In this document: positions 30,328 to 39,601 of the stretch, piece by piece | Layout: each line of letters starts with the position of its first letter | Position numbering within the stretch: the stretch's first letter is position 1 | Source: an uncultured Solirubrobacteraceae bacterium | GTDB lineage: Bacteria > Actinomycetota > Thermoleophilia > Solirubrobacterales > Solirubrobacteraceae | Reading direction: 5' to 3' | Length of the DNA: 64,000 bases | NCBI GenBank assembly: GCA_963730725.1 | Contig: CAVSSZ010000013.1 | Coordinates: forward strand, 6,224 to 70,223 | Translations under genes and position numbers: made by a program | The notes under the pieces: generated by a model | The model's database searches: none | Told to the model about the DNA's origin: nothing | Seen by the model: only the letters and a program-made list of their open reading frames with translations

Positions 30328-31406
30328 TTCCCGAGCACCTCCGCCGATGTGAGGTGCCAGCTGCCGTAGGTGATCGGGGTGATCAGCGCCGGCGAGCCAC
30401 TCGGGTAGTAGTTGGATCCGGGCGTGAGTGGCTCCAGCTTCTGGACATGGGTGAACTTGATGTCACCCTGCTTGGTGACGAAGTTCGTGTTGTAGTACCC
30501 CTCCGACTTGGGGAACCTACCCTGCTTGGAGAGGATGCTGACGATGTGCTGGATCGCCACTCCGCTCACGTAAGCGGGAGCACCGAAGAAGAAGCACGGC
30601 AGCTTGTCCTTTGCGCACTGCTGCTCGTTGCCATTGACGTCCAGGCAGGTCATCGGCACGAGCTTGCGCCCGGCGCGCTGCAGTGCCTTGATGTCACTGC
30701 TGCAGTACCCACCGCTGAGGATGCCCGCGATGTTCGAGTTCTGGGCGAGGTCCTGGGAGACTCCCTGCAGCTCCGGCCCCGGCGCGTACTCGCTGGAGAA
30801 CGTGCCGACCACCTTGATGCCGGGGTACTTCTGGGCGAGCACCTGCTTCCAGACCTTCAGGAAGGTCGTGGAGATCGCGATGCCCGGCAGCCCGGTGTCC
30901 ATCAGGATGTTGCCGTGGCCGTGCAGCTCGGTGCCCATCCAGTTGGCCATGTCCTCGGCCTCTGACTGGTAGTCCTCGGGCAGCTTGTAGGCGCACGGCG
31001 CGGTCACCGTCTGATCGAACGAGTACACGGTGATGCCGGCGCTGCACGCCTGCTGGATCGTCGGGTTGAGCGCCGTCGGCGAGGCGGCGTCGACCATGAT
31101 CGCGTTGGGCTTCTGACGGATGATCGTCTGCAGCGACTGGATCTGCGCGGCCGGCGTCGCCTGGCTGTTGCGGATCTGCAGGTTGACCTTGTCGCGGTAC
31201 TGCGACTCCCCCGCGATCAGCTTGGCGTCGTTCTCCATCTGCGGTCGCCACTCGTTGCCCATGTAGTTGTTGGACAGATAGATCGTGAACTTGTGGGCCG
31301 ATCCGCCCCCGCCGGATCCGCCACCACCGCTGCTGCTGCCGCCGCACGCGGCGATCGTCAGGCTCGCGACGGCCATCGTCGCCAGCCCTATGCCTCTCCT
31401 CAACAT
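30324..31406 (-). CDS. Sugar-type ABC substrate-binding lipoprotein
   Basis: Lipobox IAAC, Gly linker, periplasmic binding protein type I features (SNNYMGNEWR). Confidence 0.92.
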   Translation of the reverse strand: MLRRGIGLATMAVASLTIAACGGSSSGGGGSGGGGSAHKFTIYLSNNYMGNEWRPQMENDAKLIAGESQYRDKVNLQIRNSQATPAAQIQSLQTIIRQKPNAIMVDAASPTALNPTIQQACSAGITVYSFDQTVTAPCAYKLPEDYQSEAEDMANWMGTELHGHGNILMDTGLPGIAISTTFLKVWKQVLAQKYPGIKVVGTFSSEYAPGPELQGVSQDLAQNSNIAGILSGGYCSSDIKALQRAGRKLVPMTCLDVNGNEQQCAKDKLPCFFFGAPAYVSGVAIQHIVSILSKQGRFPKSEGYYNTNFVTKQGDIKFTHVQKLEPLTPGSNYYPSGSPALITPITYGSWHLTSAEVLGK

Positions 31407-31481
31407 CCTGCTCTCCTTGGTTGGTTGATCTCCGCCGTGGTGACCTCCTCAAGCCCCACACAACGGCGACCTTCCAGCTCG

Positions 31482-33653
31482 TCAGTCCAGCTCGAAGTCC
31501 TGCCAGGCGTCACCCGCCTCGGGAATCACCTCGACCCACAAGGCGGTCACGCAGCTCGGGCACACGTACTGCCGGGCAACGAGGCCTTCCGGCAGCTGCA
31601 CCAGCGGTCCGAGGTCGGCCGCCTGCAACGCGACCGTGCCGGTGAGGGCCCTCCAGTCCGCGGCGACCACCCCGAGCGGCTCCTCGCAATGGGCGCAGAC
31701 CGCGACGGCGCCGCCGTCCGCGCCCGGCGTGAACCGGAGGCTCTCGCCCCAGCGTTCGGCGGAGATCGCCATCGGGAGCCCTCCGGCGCCGCCCGGCGGG
31801 GTCATCGCCGCGCGGCGAGCGGCTCGGATCTCCTCGCGGCGGGCGGCCGTCGCCTCACCGTCGACCTCCCCGTCGTTCAGAACGACGCCGTAGATCTGCG
31901 TGGCGACGTCCTCAGAGACGGCCCCGGTTCCGAGGTCGGCGGCGACCGCGGCGGGCTCGCGCAGGATCGGATCCCCGTATCCCCCGCCGTTCTGCAACCG
32001 GACGTTGAAGATCTCGCCGGGCTTGATGATCAGCCCGGAGTTGACCCCGGGCAGCTCCTCGTAGTCACCGTCGACCGCATCGAGGCGCTCGATCGTGCGT
32101 CCACGGCCGAGGTCGCCGAGGGCGTCGCTGCCGCGCACGATCTCAAACCGCGCGCACGAGCCGGGCAGGCCTCCGAAGATCCCCGTCCGGTTCGGCAGCT
32201 TGGTGCCGTGGGTCGCCATCACCCCGGACACCTCGTCGGTGTCGATCGGCGTCATCGCGAACTCGATGCCGTTGCCGCCGCGGTGCCGGCCCGCCCCACC
32301 GGAGTTCGGCACCTCGCGCCTCCAGAGGTACAGCAGCGGCTGGCCGACCTCCTGCTGCTCGACGTCCTGGGTGCCGCCGCCGAGGATCACCATCGCTCCG
32401 CCCGAGTCGACTCCGTCGCGGTCGCTGAACGCCGGGCCTCCCCACAGCAGCGAGTCCAGGTACATGGCCGCGAACGGCTCGCCGTACTGGTTGAGGCCGC
32501 CGAACTGCGCGAGCTGCCACGAGCCGTCACCCGGCCCGAAGGCCAGGCCCGCGTAGCGTTCGGAGAAGGACACCATCTTCGAGATGCAGCCCGCCGCGGC
32601 ATTCATCGCCACCCAGTTGGCGCCGGCGGCGCCGCCGCTCACCGGCATCGGGGAGATGGCGGTCACGCACCGCCCGTCCTCGGCGACGACCTCAACGGGT
32701 CGCATGAGCCCGTGGTTCCACGGCACCTCGGAGCCGAACAGGCAGAGCATCAGCGTCGCCACCGCCCCGACCGTCCCCGCGCGGGTTGCCATGCCGTACC
32801 CGGCGGAGTGGGGATCGGAGTCGTTGTAGTCGAAGATCAGCCGGTCGTCGACCTTGGTCATCTTGCAGTTGATCGCGAGCAGTTCGCTGTCGGGGGAGCC
32901 GGGGGCGGTGGGACGGTCGAGGTAGGAGGTGTGCTCGAAGCGGCCGTTCGGCAGGCTGCGCAGGATGTCGCGCAGCGCCGTCTCGGAGGCGTCGATCGAC
33001 TGCCCCATGACGCCGGCCACCGTCTCTGCGCCGTAGCGGTCACACAGCTCGTGCAGCCGCTCGCCGGCCACCTTCAGGCCCGCCAGGAAGGCGGTCATGT
33101 CGTTGGCAACCGTGAACGGGAGCCGCGAGTTGTCGGTGATGATGTTCCACAGCTCCTGGTTGAGCTTCCCCTCCCGGACGATCCGGCCGGGCGGGATCCG
33201 CAGCCCCTCCTGGAACGTGTCGGTCGCGGTCGGGCACCACGAGCCGGCGTCCATCCCGCCGAGGTCGACCTGGTGCGCCATGCAGCCGATCCAGGCGACG
33301 AATCGGCCGTCGTGGAAGAACGGCGCGCAGAACTGCACGTCGTTCTGATGCTCGGCGGCGATGTACGGGTCGTTGATGATGAAGACGTCGCCGTCGGCGA
33401 TGTCGTCGAACCGCTCCAGGAACGTGCGGATCGCCATCGAGCCGGTGTAGACGGGCACCAGCAGGTAGACGCCGATGACCGCCATCTCGCCCTCGCTCGT
33501 GTACAGCCCGAAGTTGTAATCGGTGGCGTGCACGACGGGCGAGCCCGACACGTGGATCATCGTGGCCGACCCCTCTTGGTTGATCGACCACAGCTTGTGC
33601 CGGATCACCTCGAAGGTGACCGGATCGACCTTGCTCGGGGCGTCGATGCTCAT
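31482..33653 (-). CDS. Hydantoinase B/oxoprolinase family protein with C-terminal Zn-finger (acetone carboxylase gamma-like) domain
   Basis: DPVTFEVI, ATDY, INDPYIAAEHQND, AHQVDLGG, QEGLRIPP, GGAGRHRGG, GGGYGDP; tail CAHC...CPSC. Confidence 0.92.
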   Translation of the reverse strand: MSIDAPSKVDPVTFEVIRHKLWSINQEGSATMIHVSGSPVVHATDYNFGLYTSEGEMAVIGVYLLVPVYTGSMAIRTFLERFDDIADGDVFIINDPYIAAEHQNDVQFCAPFFHDGRFVAWIGCMAHQVDLGGMDAGSWCPTATDTFQEGLRIPPGRIVREGKLNQELWNIITDNSRLPFTVANDMTAFLAGLKVAGERLHELCDRYGAETVAGVMGQSIDASETALRDILRSLPNGRFEHTSYLDRPTAPGSPDSELLAINCKMTKVDDRLIFDYNDSDPHSAGYGMATRAGTVGAVATLMLCLFGSEVPWNHGLMRPVEVVAEDGRCVTAISPMPVSGGAAGANWVAMNAAAGCISKMVSFSERYAGLAFGPGDGSWQLAQFGGLNQYGEPFAAMYLDSLLWGGPAFSDRDGVDSGGAMVILGGGTQDVEQQEVGQPLLYLWRREVPNSGGAGRHRGGNGIEFAMTPIDTDEVSGVMATHGTKLPNRTGIFGGLPGSCARFEIVRGSDALGDLGRGRTIERLDAVDGDYEELPGVNSGLIIKPGEIFNVRLQNGGGYGDPILREPAAVAADLGTGAVSEDVATQIYGVVLNDGEVDGEATAARREEIRAARRAAMTPPGGAGGLPMAISAERWGESLRFTPGADGGAVAVCAHCEEPLGVVAADWRALTGTVALQAADLGPLVQLPEGLVARQYVCPSCVTALWVEVIPEAGDAWQDFELD

Positions 33654-33664
33654 TGACACTCTCC

Positions 33665-35800
33665 TCAGTCCTCGCGCGTGATCACGACGTTGCCGAAGTC
33701 GTCGACGACCGCCGATTGGTCGCGGCCGACGACGATCGTCGTGTCGGGCATCTCGATGATCGACAGGCCGGACAGCTCAAGGCCCGGCCGCACGGAGTCG
33801 TCGCCGACGACGCGCGCGTCGTGCCATTCCCCGTCCTGGAACACGCGGCGCGTGCTCGTGGGTCTGTGCCCGCCCGACGTCGCTCCGCCGAGCGGCTGCA
33901 ACTGCGGCCGGTCGTTCTCGACCGTCGAGACCACCCGGAAGGTGGTGAGCTCGACGCCGGCGGCGGAGAAGGCGGAGCCCTCTCCGAACCGCGCCTCGTA
34001 GGTCTCGATGAAGCGCCCGACCAGCGCGCGGACCGCGTCGTCGTCAAGCGGGCCTTCGGGGACGGACACGCTCAGCACGTGGATCTGGAAGCGGAAGCGC
34101 ATCTCGACGAAACGGGCGCTCGTCACCCGGGTGAGGTCGGCGCCCGCCTGGCTCAGCCGCTGCCGGGTGCGCTCGGTGAGCCGGTCGAAGCGGTCGTTGA
34201 TCTCGTGCGCCGGCAGCGCGGCGGCGTAGTCCTCGGTGCCCGGCGGGCTGATGATCGGATCCGAGATCTCCTCGGCGACGGTGAGGTCGGAGGAGGCGAT
34301 GCCGAACGCGGAATGGACCGACGCGGTGAGCGGGATGACGATCTCCTCGGTGCGCAGTTCCGCGCCATAGGAGAAGGCGTGGCTCGGGCCGGCGCCGCCG
34401 TAGGCGTAGACGACGAAATCGCTGGGGTCGTAGCCTTGCTCGATCGTTGCCGCGCGAATCAGGTCGGCCATGCGGGCGTCGATGATCGTCTTGATCCCCT
34501 CGGCCGCCTCCTCGACCTCGAGCCCGAGCGGACCGGCGACGTGTGTGCGGATCGCCTGGCGCGCCGCGTCGACATCGAGCGCGAGCCGGCCGGCGAGGAA
34601 GTTGTCGGGGTTGATGTAGCCGAGCACCAGATCGGCGTCGGCGACCGTCGGCTGCTCACCGCCGCGCCCGTAGCAGGCCGGCCCGGGGACGGCGCCTGCG
34701 CTCTCCGGGCCGACGCTCAGCAACCCGTGCTGCACGCTTGCGATCGACCCCGAGCCGGCGCCCACCGTGCGCACCGAGACCGACGGAAGCGCCAGCTCGT
34801 GGCGCCCGACCCAGGTGGAGTTCGCGATGTGGGCGGAGCCGCCGAGCACGAGACCGACCTCGAAGCTCGTGCCGCCCATATCGGTGGCGATGATGTTCCG
34901 GTTGCCGCGCAGCGCACCGAGGTGCTGGCAGGCGACGATGCCGCCGACCGGGCCGGACATCACGGTCGAGGCCGCCTCATGATCGATCTCGCTCACGCGC
35001 GCGAGCCCGCCGTTTGACTGCATGAGCAGCGGCTCACCGGCGAGACCCTGATCACGCAGCGTGGTCCCGAGGCTGCGCACCGCGCGGCGCAGCACGGGCC
35101 GGAGGCTGGCGTTGATCGACGTGGTGACGGTGCGCTGGTACTCACCCAGGCGGGGAAGCAGGCGGCTGGAGAGCGTGTACAGCGTGCCGGGGAGGAGCTG
35201 TTCGATCAGCTCGCCGATGCGACGCTCATGCGTGTCGTTCTTGAACGACCACAACAGCGAGACTGCGATCACCTCGGCACCGGCCTCCTTCAGCTCCTGA
35301 ATGGCGCGCCGGGCATCGTCCTCGTCGAGCGGCTGAACCACGCGGCCGCGATAGTCGACACGCTCGCAGACCTCGCGGGTGAGCCGCTTGGGAACGACCA
35401 GTTCCTGCTTGACCATCGAGCGGAAGTTCTTGACCTCGTCCTCATCCAGTCCAAGCGACTTGAACCCGCGCATGATCGAGAGCGTGTCCCCGAAGCCCCG
35501 GGTCTGCAGCAGCCCGACCGGCGCGGTCTTCTTCTCGAGCATCGCGTTGGTGGCGACGGTCGTGCCGTGCGCGAACATCGACACCCGTCCGAGCAGCTCG
35601 CCGAGCTCGGTCCGGCTCTCCTCGGCGGCCAGGCGCAGCGTCGCGATCACCCCGGCGGCCGGGTCATCGGGGACGGTCGAGGCCTTGTAGCGGCGAACAG
35701 TGCCGTCGGCCTGGATCGTGACTGTGTCGGTGAACGTGCCCCCGATGTCACTGGCGACCAGCAGATCCCCGCCGGTCGTGCCTGCTGCCTGATCAGCCAT
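33665..35800 (-). CDS. Hydantoinase A/oxoprolinase family ATP-binding subunit
   Basis: DIGGTFTD, HGTTVATNA, SGPVGG, DMGGTS, GPESAGAVPGPACY, YGGAG. Confidence 0.96.
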   Translation of the reverse strand: MADQAAGTTGGDLLVASDIGGTFTDTVTIQADGTVRRYKASTVPDDPAAGVIATLRLAAEESRTELGELLGRVSMFAHGTTVATNAMLEKKTAPVGLLQTRGFGDTLSIMRGFKSLGLDEDEVKNFRSMVKQELVVPKRLTREVCERVDYRGRVVQPLDEDDARRAIQELKEAGAEVIAVSLLWSFKNDTHERRIGELIEQLLPGTLYTLSSRLLPRLGEYQRTVTTSINASLRPVLRRAVRSLGTTLRDQGLAGEPLLMQSNGGLARVSEIDHEAASTVMSGPVGGIVACQHLGALRGNRNIIATDMGGTSFEVGLVLGGSAHIANSTWVGRHELALPSVSVRTVGAGSGSIASVQHGLLSVGPESAGAVPGPACYGRGGEQPTVADADLVLGYINPDNFLAGRLALDVDAARQAIRTHVAGPLGLEVEEAAEGIKTIIDARMADLIRAATIEQGYDPSDFVVYAYGGAGPSHAFSYGAELRTEEIVIPLTASVHSAFGIASSDLTVAEEISDPIISPPGTEDYAAALPAHEINDRFDRLTERTRQRLSQAGADLTRVTSARFVEMRFRFQIHVLSVSVPEGPLDDDAVRALVGRFIETYEARFGEGSAFSAAGVELTTFRVVSTVENDRPQLQPLGGATSGGHRPTSTRRVFQDGEWHDARVVGDDSVRPGLELSGLSIIEMPDTTIVVGRDQSAVVDDFGNVVITRED

Positions 35801-36488
35801 GAGCCTCCGCTTTCTGCGATTCGTGTCTGGCCATTCGCTCGATGGTCGTTCGGATATGGCCGCGCGCTCGCTCCTCGGCGGCGTCGGCGTCGCCGGCGGC
35901 GATCGCGGCGGCGATCTCGCGGTGCTGGTCGACAGCCGTCCGAGCGGCCTCGAACTTGAGAAAGGCAAAAGGGGTGAAGACCTGCGAGGTCATCCGGACG
36001 ATCGGAGCCTCGGCCAGCACGTACTCATTCGCCGCGACCTCCATGATCCGCGTGTGGAAGGCGACGTTCGTGCGGGTGTACTCACGAGCGTCCCACGGCT
36101 CAAGCGCGCTCTCCTGATGCTCGATCAGCGCCGAGATCCCGGCGCGCGCATCCCGGTCCGCGCACTCCGCGGCCAGGCGCGCGGCCAGCCCGTCGACCAC
36201 CTCGCGCAGCCGGTAGGCCGCGAGGAACCGGGGCAGGTCGGCCATCACCACACGCACGCCGCGACCGGGCTCGTTGACGACCAGTCCCTCGCTCTCCAGG
36301 ACGCGCAGCGCCTCCCGCAGCGGCGTGCGGCTGACCTGAAGATCCTCGGCAAGCTCCTCTTGGCGCAGCTTGGCCCCGGGGGCGTAGCCCCCGGCATAGA
36401 TCCTCTCTCGCAGCTCGGCCGCAACCTCGTCGACCAGCCTGACGCGGCTGCGCCAGACGACCTTCCCGTCCATGACCTCTCCTTGCAT
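35793..36488 (-). CDS. GntR family regulator (FCD)
   Basis: LRQEELAEDLQVSRTPLREAL, NVAFH, HREI; start could be 36473. Confidence 0.95.
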   Translation of the reverse strand: MQGEVMDGKVVWRSRVRLVDEVAAELRERIYAGGYAPGAKLRQEELAEDLQVSRTPLREALRVLESEGLVVNEPGRGVRVVMADLPRFLAAYRLREVVDGLAARLAAECADRDARAGISALIEHQESALEPWDAREYTRTNVAFHTRIMEVAANEYVLAEAPIVRMTSQVFTPFAFLKFEAARTAVDQHREIAAAIAAGDADAAEERARGHIRTTIERMARHESQKAEAHG

Positions 36489-36679
36489 CCCGGGTTTTGT
36501 ATCCAGGATGCGAGCAGCGTATCAGGATCCGTTCTCCCAGTCACCCGTCGCGTGCAACTCGTCCACAGATCCGGTCCAGACCCCATTCCGCTGCTCCCAC
36601 AGACGCGGGAGAGTGGGCGCATCAACCAGAAGTCCGCGGCCCGCACGCCGCGGGCACCGACCCAAGGAGGTCGACAGCG

Positions 36680-37168
36680 ATGCTCTACAAGACGATCCTC
36701 TGCGCGACCGACGGACACGAACATTCCGAGCGCGCGATGCGACGCGCGGCGGTGATCGCCCGGGAGACCGGCGCCGACCTGCACGTGGTGAATGTCGAGG
36801 AGATGGAACCGGCGCCGATGCGGATCGGCCGTGAGTACATCGCGGCCGGGCGGGCCGAGACCCGTGAGCGGGTGAGAAAGCAGATCACCGCCGCGGTTGC
36901 GGACGCCCGGCTCACTGTCAGCCCGCACTACCTGGTCAACTACAGCGGATCGGTGGCCGCCCAGATCGCCGGTCTCGCCGAGCGGATCGACGCCGATCTG
37001 ATCGTGGTCGGCTCGCACGGCCGTGGAGTGCTCACCGGTGCACTTGCGGGCAGCGTCTCACAGCGGCTCCCGCACGAGACGTGCCGGCCGGTGCTCGTGC
37101 TCGCCGGCACCGGCCCAGGTGCTCGCCGACCGTCGCGGCAGCGGATGCGGCAGGCCCTCCACGTGTGA
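36680..37168 (+). CDS. Universal stress protein
   Basis: ILCATDG, ADLIVVGSHGRG, GSVSQRL, PVLV; AAGGAGG RBS. Confidence 0.95.
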   Translation: MLYKTILCATDGHEHSERAMRRAAVIARETGADLHVVNVEEMEPAPMRIGREYIAAGRAETRERVRKQITAAVADARLTVSPHYLVNYSGSVAAQIAGLAERIDADLIVVGSHGRGVLTGALAGSVSQRLPHETCRPVLVLAGTGPGARRPSRQRMRQALHV

Positions 37169-37206
37169 CCGTGGGATCGCGCTCCGAAAGCGAGGACACT
37201 TCGGCG

Positions 37207-37827
37207 ATGGCCACCGGCGCCGCGCCCGAGGTGCTGAGGACGATCCGTTGCCTGATCGTCGACGACCATCCCGCGATCCGGGTCGGCCTGCGCGAGCTGC
37301 TTTCCGCGGAGGCTGACCTGGAGGTCGCGGCCGCATGCGAGTCGGCCGAGGAGGCACTCGAGTTCGCCGAGCATGCCGCCCCCCCGCTCCAGGTCGCGAT
37401 CGTCGACTACCAGCTCGGCGGCCATTCGGGCCTGTGGCTGTCCCGCCGGCTGCGCGCGCTCCCCGAGCCACCGCGCGTGCTCGTCTACTCGGCGTTCAGC
37501 GACCACCTCCTCGCTGCGGCCGCCGTCGTCGCCGAGGCGAGCGCGGTCGTGAGCAAGGCCGCGCTGCCCGACGAGCTCGCCGCCGCGATCCGGATACTCG
37601 CCCGCGGCGAGCACCCGCCGCTCAGCGTGCCACCGGCCCTGGCGGAGTCGATGGGCCGCCGACTGGACGCGGTCGAACAGGCGATCTTCGGCCTGATGGC
37701 CTCCGGCGTCGATCCCGGCGAGGTCGCGGAGACCCTCCGGCTGGAGCGACGCGAGCTCGACGCCCGGCTCGGCGGGATGCTCCGCTCGCTCGAGCAACCC
37801 GCACGCGCGCGGCAGGCCGGGACGTGA
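37207..37827 (+). CDS. Response regulator with degenerate LuxR-type HTH
   Basis: IVDDH, phosphoacceptor IVDYQL, YSA, VSKA. Confidence 0.85.
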   Translation: MATGAAPEVLRTIRCLIVDDHPAIRVGLRELLSAEADLEVAAACESAEEALEFAEHAAPPLQVAIVDYQLGGHSGLWLSRRLRALPEPPRVLVYSAFSDHLLAAAAVVAEASAVVSKAALPDELAAAIRILARGEHPPLSVPPALAESMGRRLDAVEQAIFGLMASGVDPGEVAETLRLERRELDARLGGMLRSLEQPARARQAGT

Positions 37828-38888
37828 GCGAGATCCCGGCCCGCCTGCGCCCGGACCGGCCCGCCCGCGCCGACGCGCTCGCGCGCACCCGGACGGGCGC
37901 ACGACGCTACGTGCCGCTCGTGTATCGGGTCGCCGGAATCAACGCCGGGCTGCTGATCGCGGTCGTGCTCGTCACGCTGGTCGTGCTCGACCCCCACAAG
38001 CTGTCGCGGGTCGCACTCGACGAGGCGATCGTGCTCGCGGCCGCGCTGACGCTCGTCGGCGTCGGCAACCTGATCGTCCTGCGGCGCGTCATGGGGCCGC
38101 TGTCGGAGCTGACCGAGCTGGCGCGGACCGTCGACCTCACCCGACCCGGGACCCGGATGCCGGACGCCACTCGCAACTCCGAGGCCGGGGAGCTCGCCCT
38201 GACCTTCAACGAGATGCTGACCCGATTGGAGGAGGAACGTCGCGAGGCGACCGGCAGGGTGCTCGCCGGTCAGGAGGCCGAGCGGCTGCGGATCGCGCAG
38301 GAGCTTCATGACCAGATCGGTCAGGAGCTCACCGCGGTGCTCCTGTGGCTGGCGCGCGCCCGCGGCGAGGCGGCCGACCCTGCGCTCGCCGAGCGGATCG
38401 AAGGCGTGCAGGATGCGGTGCGCTCCAGCCTGGAGAGCGTGCGCCGCATCGCGATCGAGCTGCGGCCCGAAGCGCTCGACGAGCTCGGGCTGGTGAGCGC
38501 CATCGCGGTGCTGGGGGAGCGGTTCGCCGAGCGTTCGGGGCTCTCGATCTCCCAGCACATCGACGATCCGCTGCCGCCGCTCGATCCAAGTACCGAGCTC
38601 GTCGTGTTCCGGGTCGCCCAGGAGGCACTCACCAACGTCGCCCGGCACTCGGGCTCCTCGCGCGCGTCGCTGACGCTCAGTCACGACGCGGGCGAGCTGA
38701 TCCTCGAGGTGACCGACGAGGGCGAGGGCATCGGAGCCGGCCAGCCGCCGGGAAGCGGGATGAAGGGGATGCGCGAGCGCGCGACCCTCGTCGGCGGGAC
38801 GCTCGAGATCGGTCCTGGGCCTGGCCAGGACGGGCGAGGCTGCACGGTCCGGCTGCGGCTCGCCGCCAACCCGCCGGTCGAGTCATGA
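37824..38888 (+). CDS. HAMP-domain sensor histidine kinase (HisKA_3)
   Basis: Two TMs with a short loop, HAMP, RIAQELHDQIGQ, QEALTNVARH, DEGEG, GSGMKGMRER. Confidence 0.95.
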   Translation: MSEIPARLRPDRPARADALARTRTGARRYVPLVYRVAGINAGLLIAVVLVTLVVLDPHKLSRVALDEAIVLAAALTLVGVGNLIVLRRVMGPLSELTELARTVDLTRPGTRMPDATRNSEAGELALTFNEMLTRLEEERREATGRVLAGQEAERLRIAQELHDQIGQELTAVLLWLARARGEAADPALAERIEGVQDAVRSSLESVRRIAIELRPEALDELGLVSAIAVLGERFAERSGLSISQHIDDPLPPLDPSTELVVFRVAQEALTNVARHSGSSRASLTLSHDAGELILEVTDEGEGIGAGQPPGSGMKGMRERATLVGGTLEIGPGPGQDGRGCTVRLRLAANPPVES

Positions 38889-39538
38889 CCCCACTCACCA
38901 CCCGGATCCTGCTCGCCGACGATCACGCCGTCGTGCGGCGCGGCCTGCGCCTGGTGCTCGACGCCGAGCCGGATCTCGTGGTCGTCGCCGAGGTCGGCGA
39001 TGGCGCGGCGGCGGTGACCCGCGGCCTGGAGCCGGATATCGACCTCGCGATCGTCGATATCTCGATGCCACGCATGACGGGCCTGCAGGCGGTCGCGGAG
39101 CTCTCGCGTCGCCGGCCGGAGCTGCGCACGCTGCTGCTCTCGATGCACGACAACGAGCGCTATCTCGCCGAGGCGCTCAAGGCAGGCGCCTCGGGCTACG
39201 TGCTGAAGTCGGTCGCCGACCGCGACCTCGTGGAGGCCTGCCGGGCGGCGATGCGGGGCGAGCCCTTCATCTACCCGGCGGATGAGACGCCGCTCATCCG
39301 TGAGCTGCTGCGTGGCGCCCGTGACGGCGAGGTCCCCGACAGCCCACTCACCCCGCGCGAACAGGAGGTGCTCAAGCTGATCGCCGAGAGCCACTCCAAC
39401 AAGCTGATCGCGCAGGAGCTCGTCATCTCCGAGAAGACCGTCGAGCGCCATCGCGCGAACATCCTGGAGAAGCTCGGGATGCACGACCGCGTCGAACTCG
39501 TTCGCTATGCGATCCGCAGTGGGCTGATCGAAGCCTGA
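38885..39538 (+). CDS. NarL/LuxR response regulator
   Basis: LADDH, VDISMP, GYVLKS, LTPREQEVL, TVERHRANILEKL. Confidence 0.97.
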   Translation: MTPLTTRILLADDHAVVRRGLRLVLDAEPDLVVVAEVGDGAAAVTRGLEPDIDLAIVDISMPRMTGLQAVAELSRRRPELRTLLLSMHDNERYLAEALKAGASGYVLKSVADRDLVEACRAAMRGEPFIYPADETPLIRELLRGARDGEVPDSPLTPREQEVLKLIAESHSNKLIAQELVISEKTVERHRANILEKLGMHDRVELVRYAIRSGLIEA

Positions 39539-39601
39539 CCCAGACGCAGATGGGGCCGCGACCCCATTCCCGCGCAGCGCCCCGGCGCGGATGCTGCTGG
39601 C

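Noticed and set aside
31293-33656. 787-aa plus-strand ORF (and similar long ORFs at 49309-51795, 38681-40798, 43769-45394)
   Set aside because: Antisense shadows of real high-GC genes; Arg/Gly/Ala-rich with no motifs.
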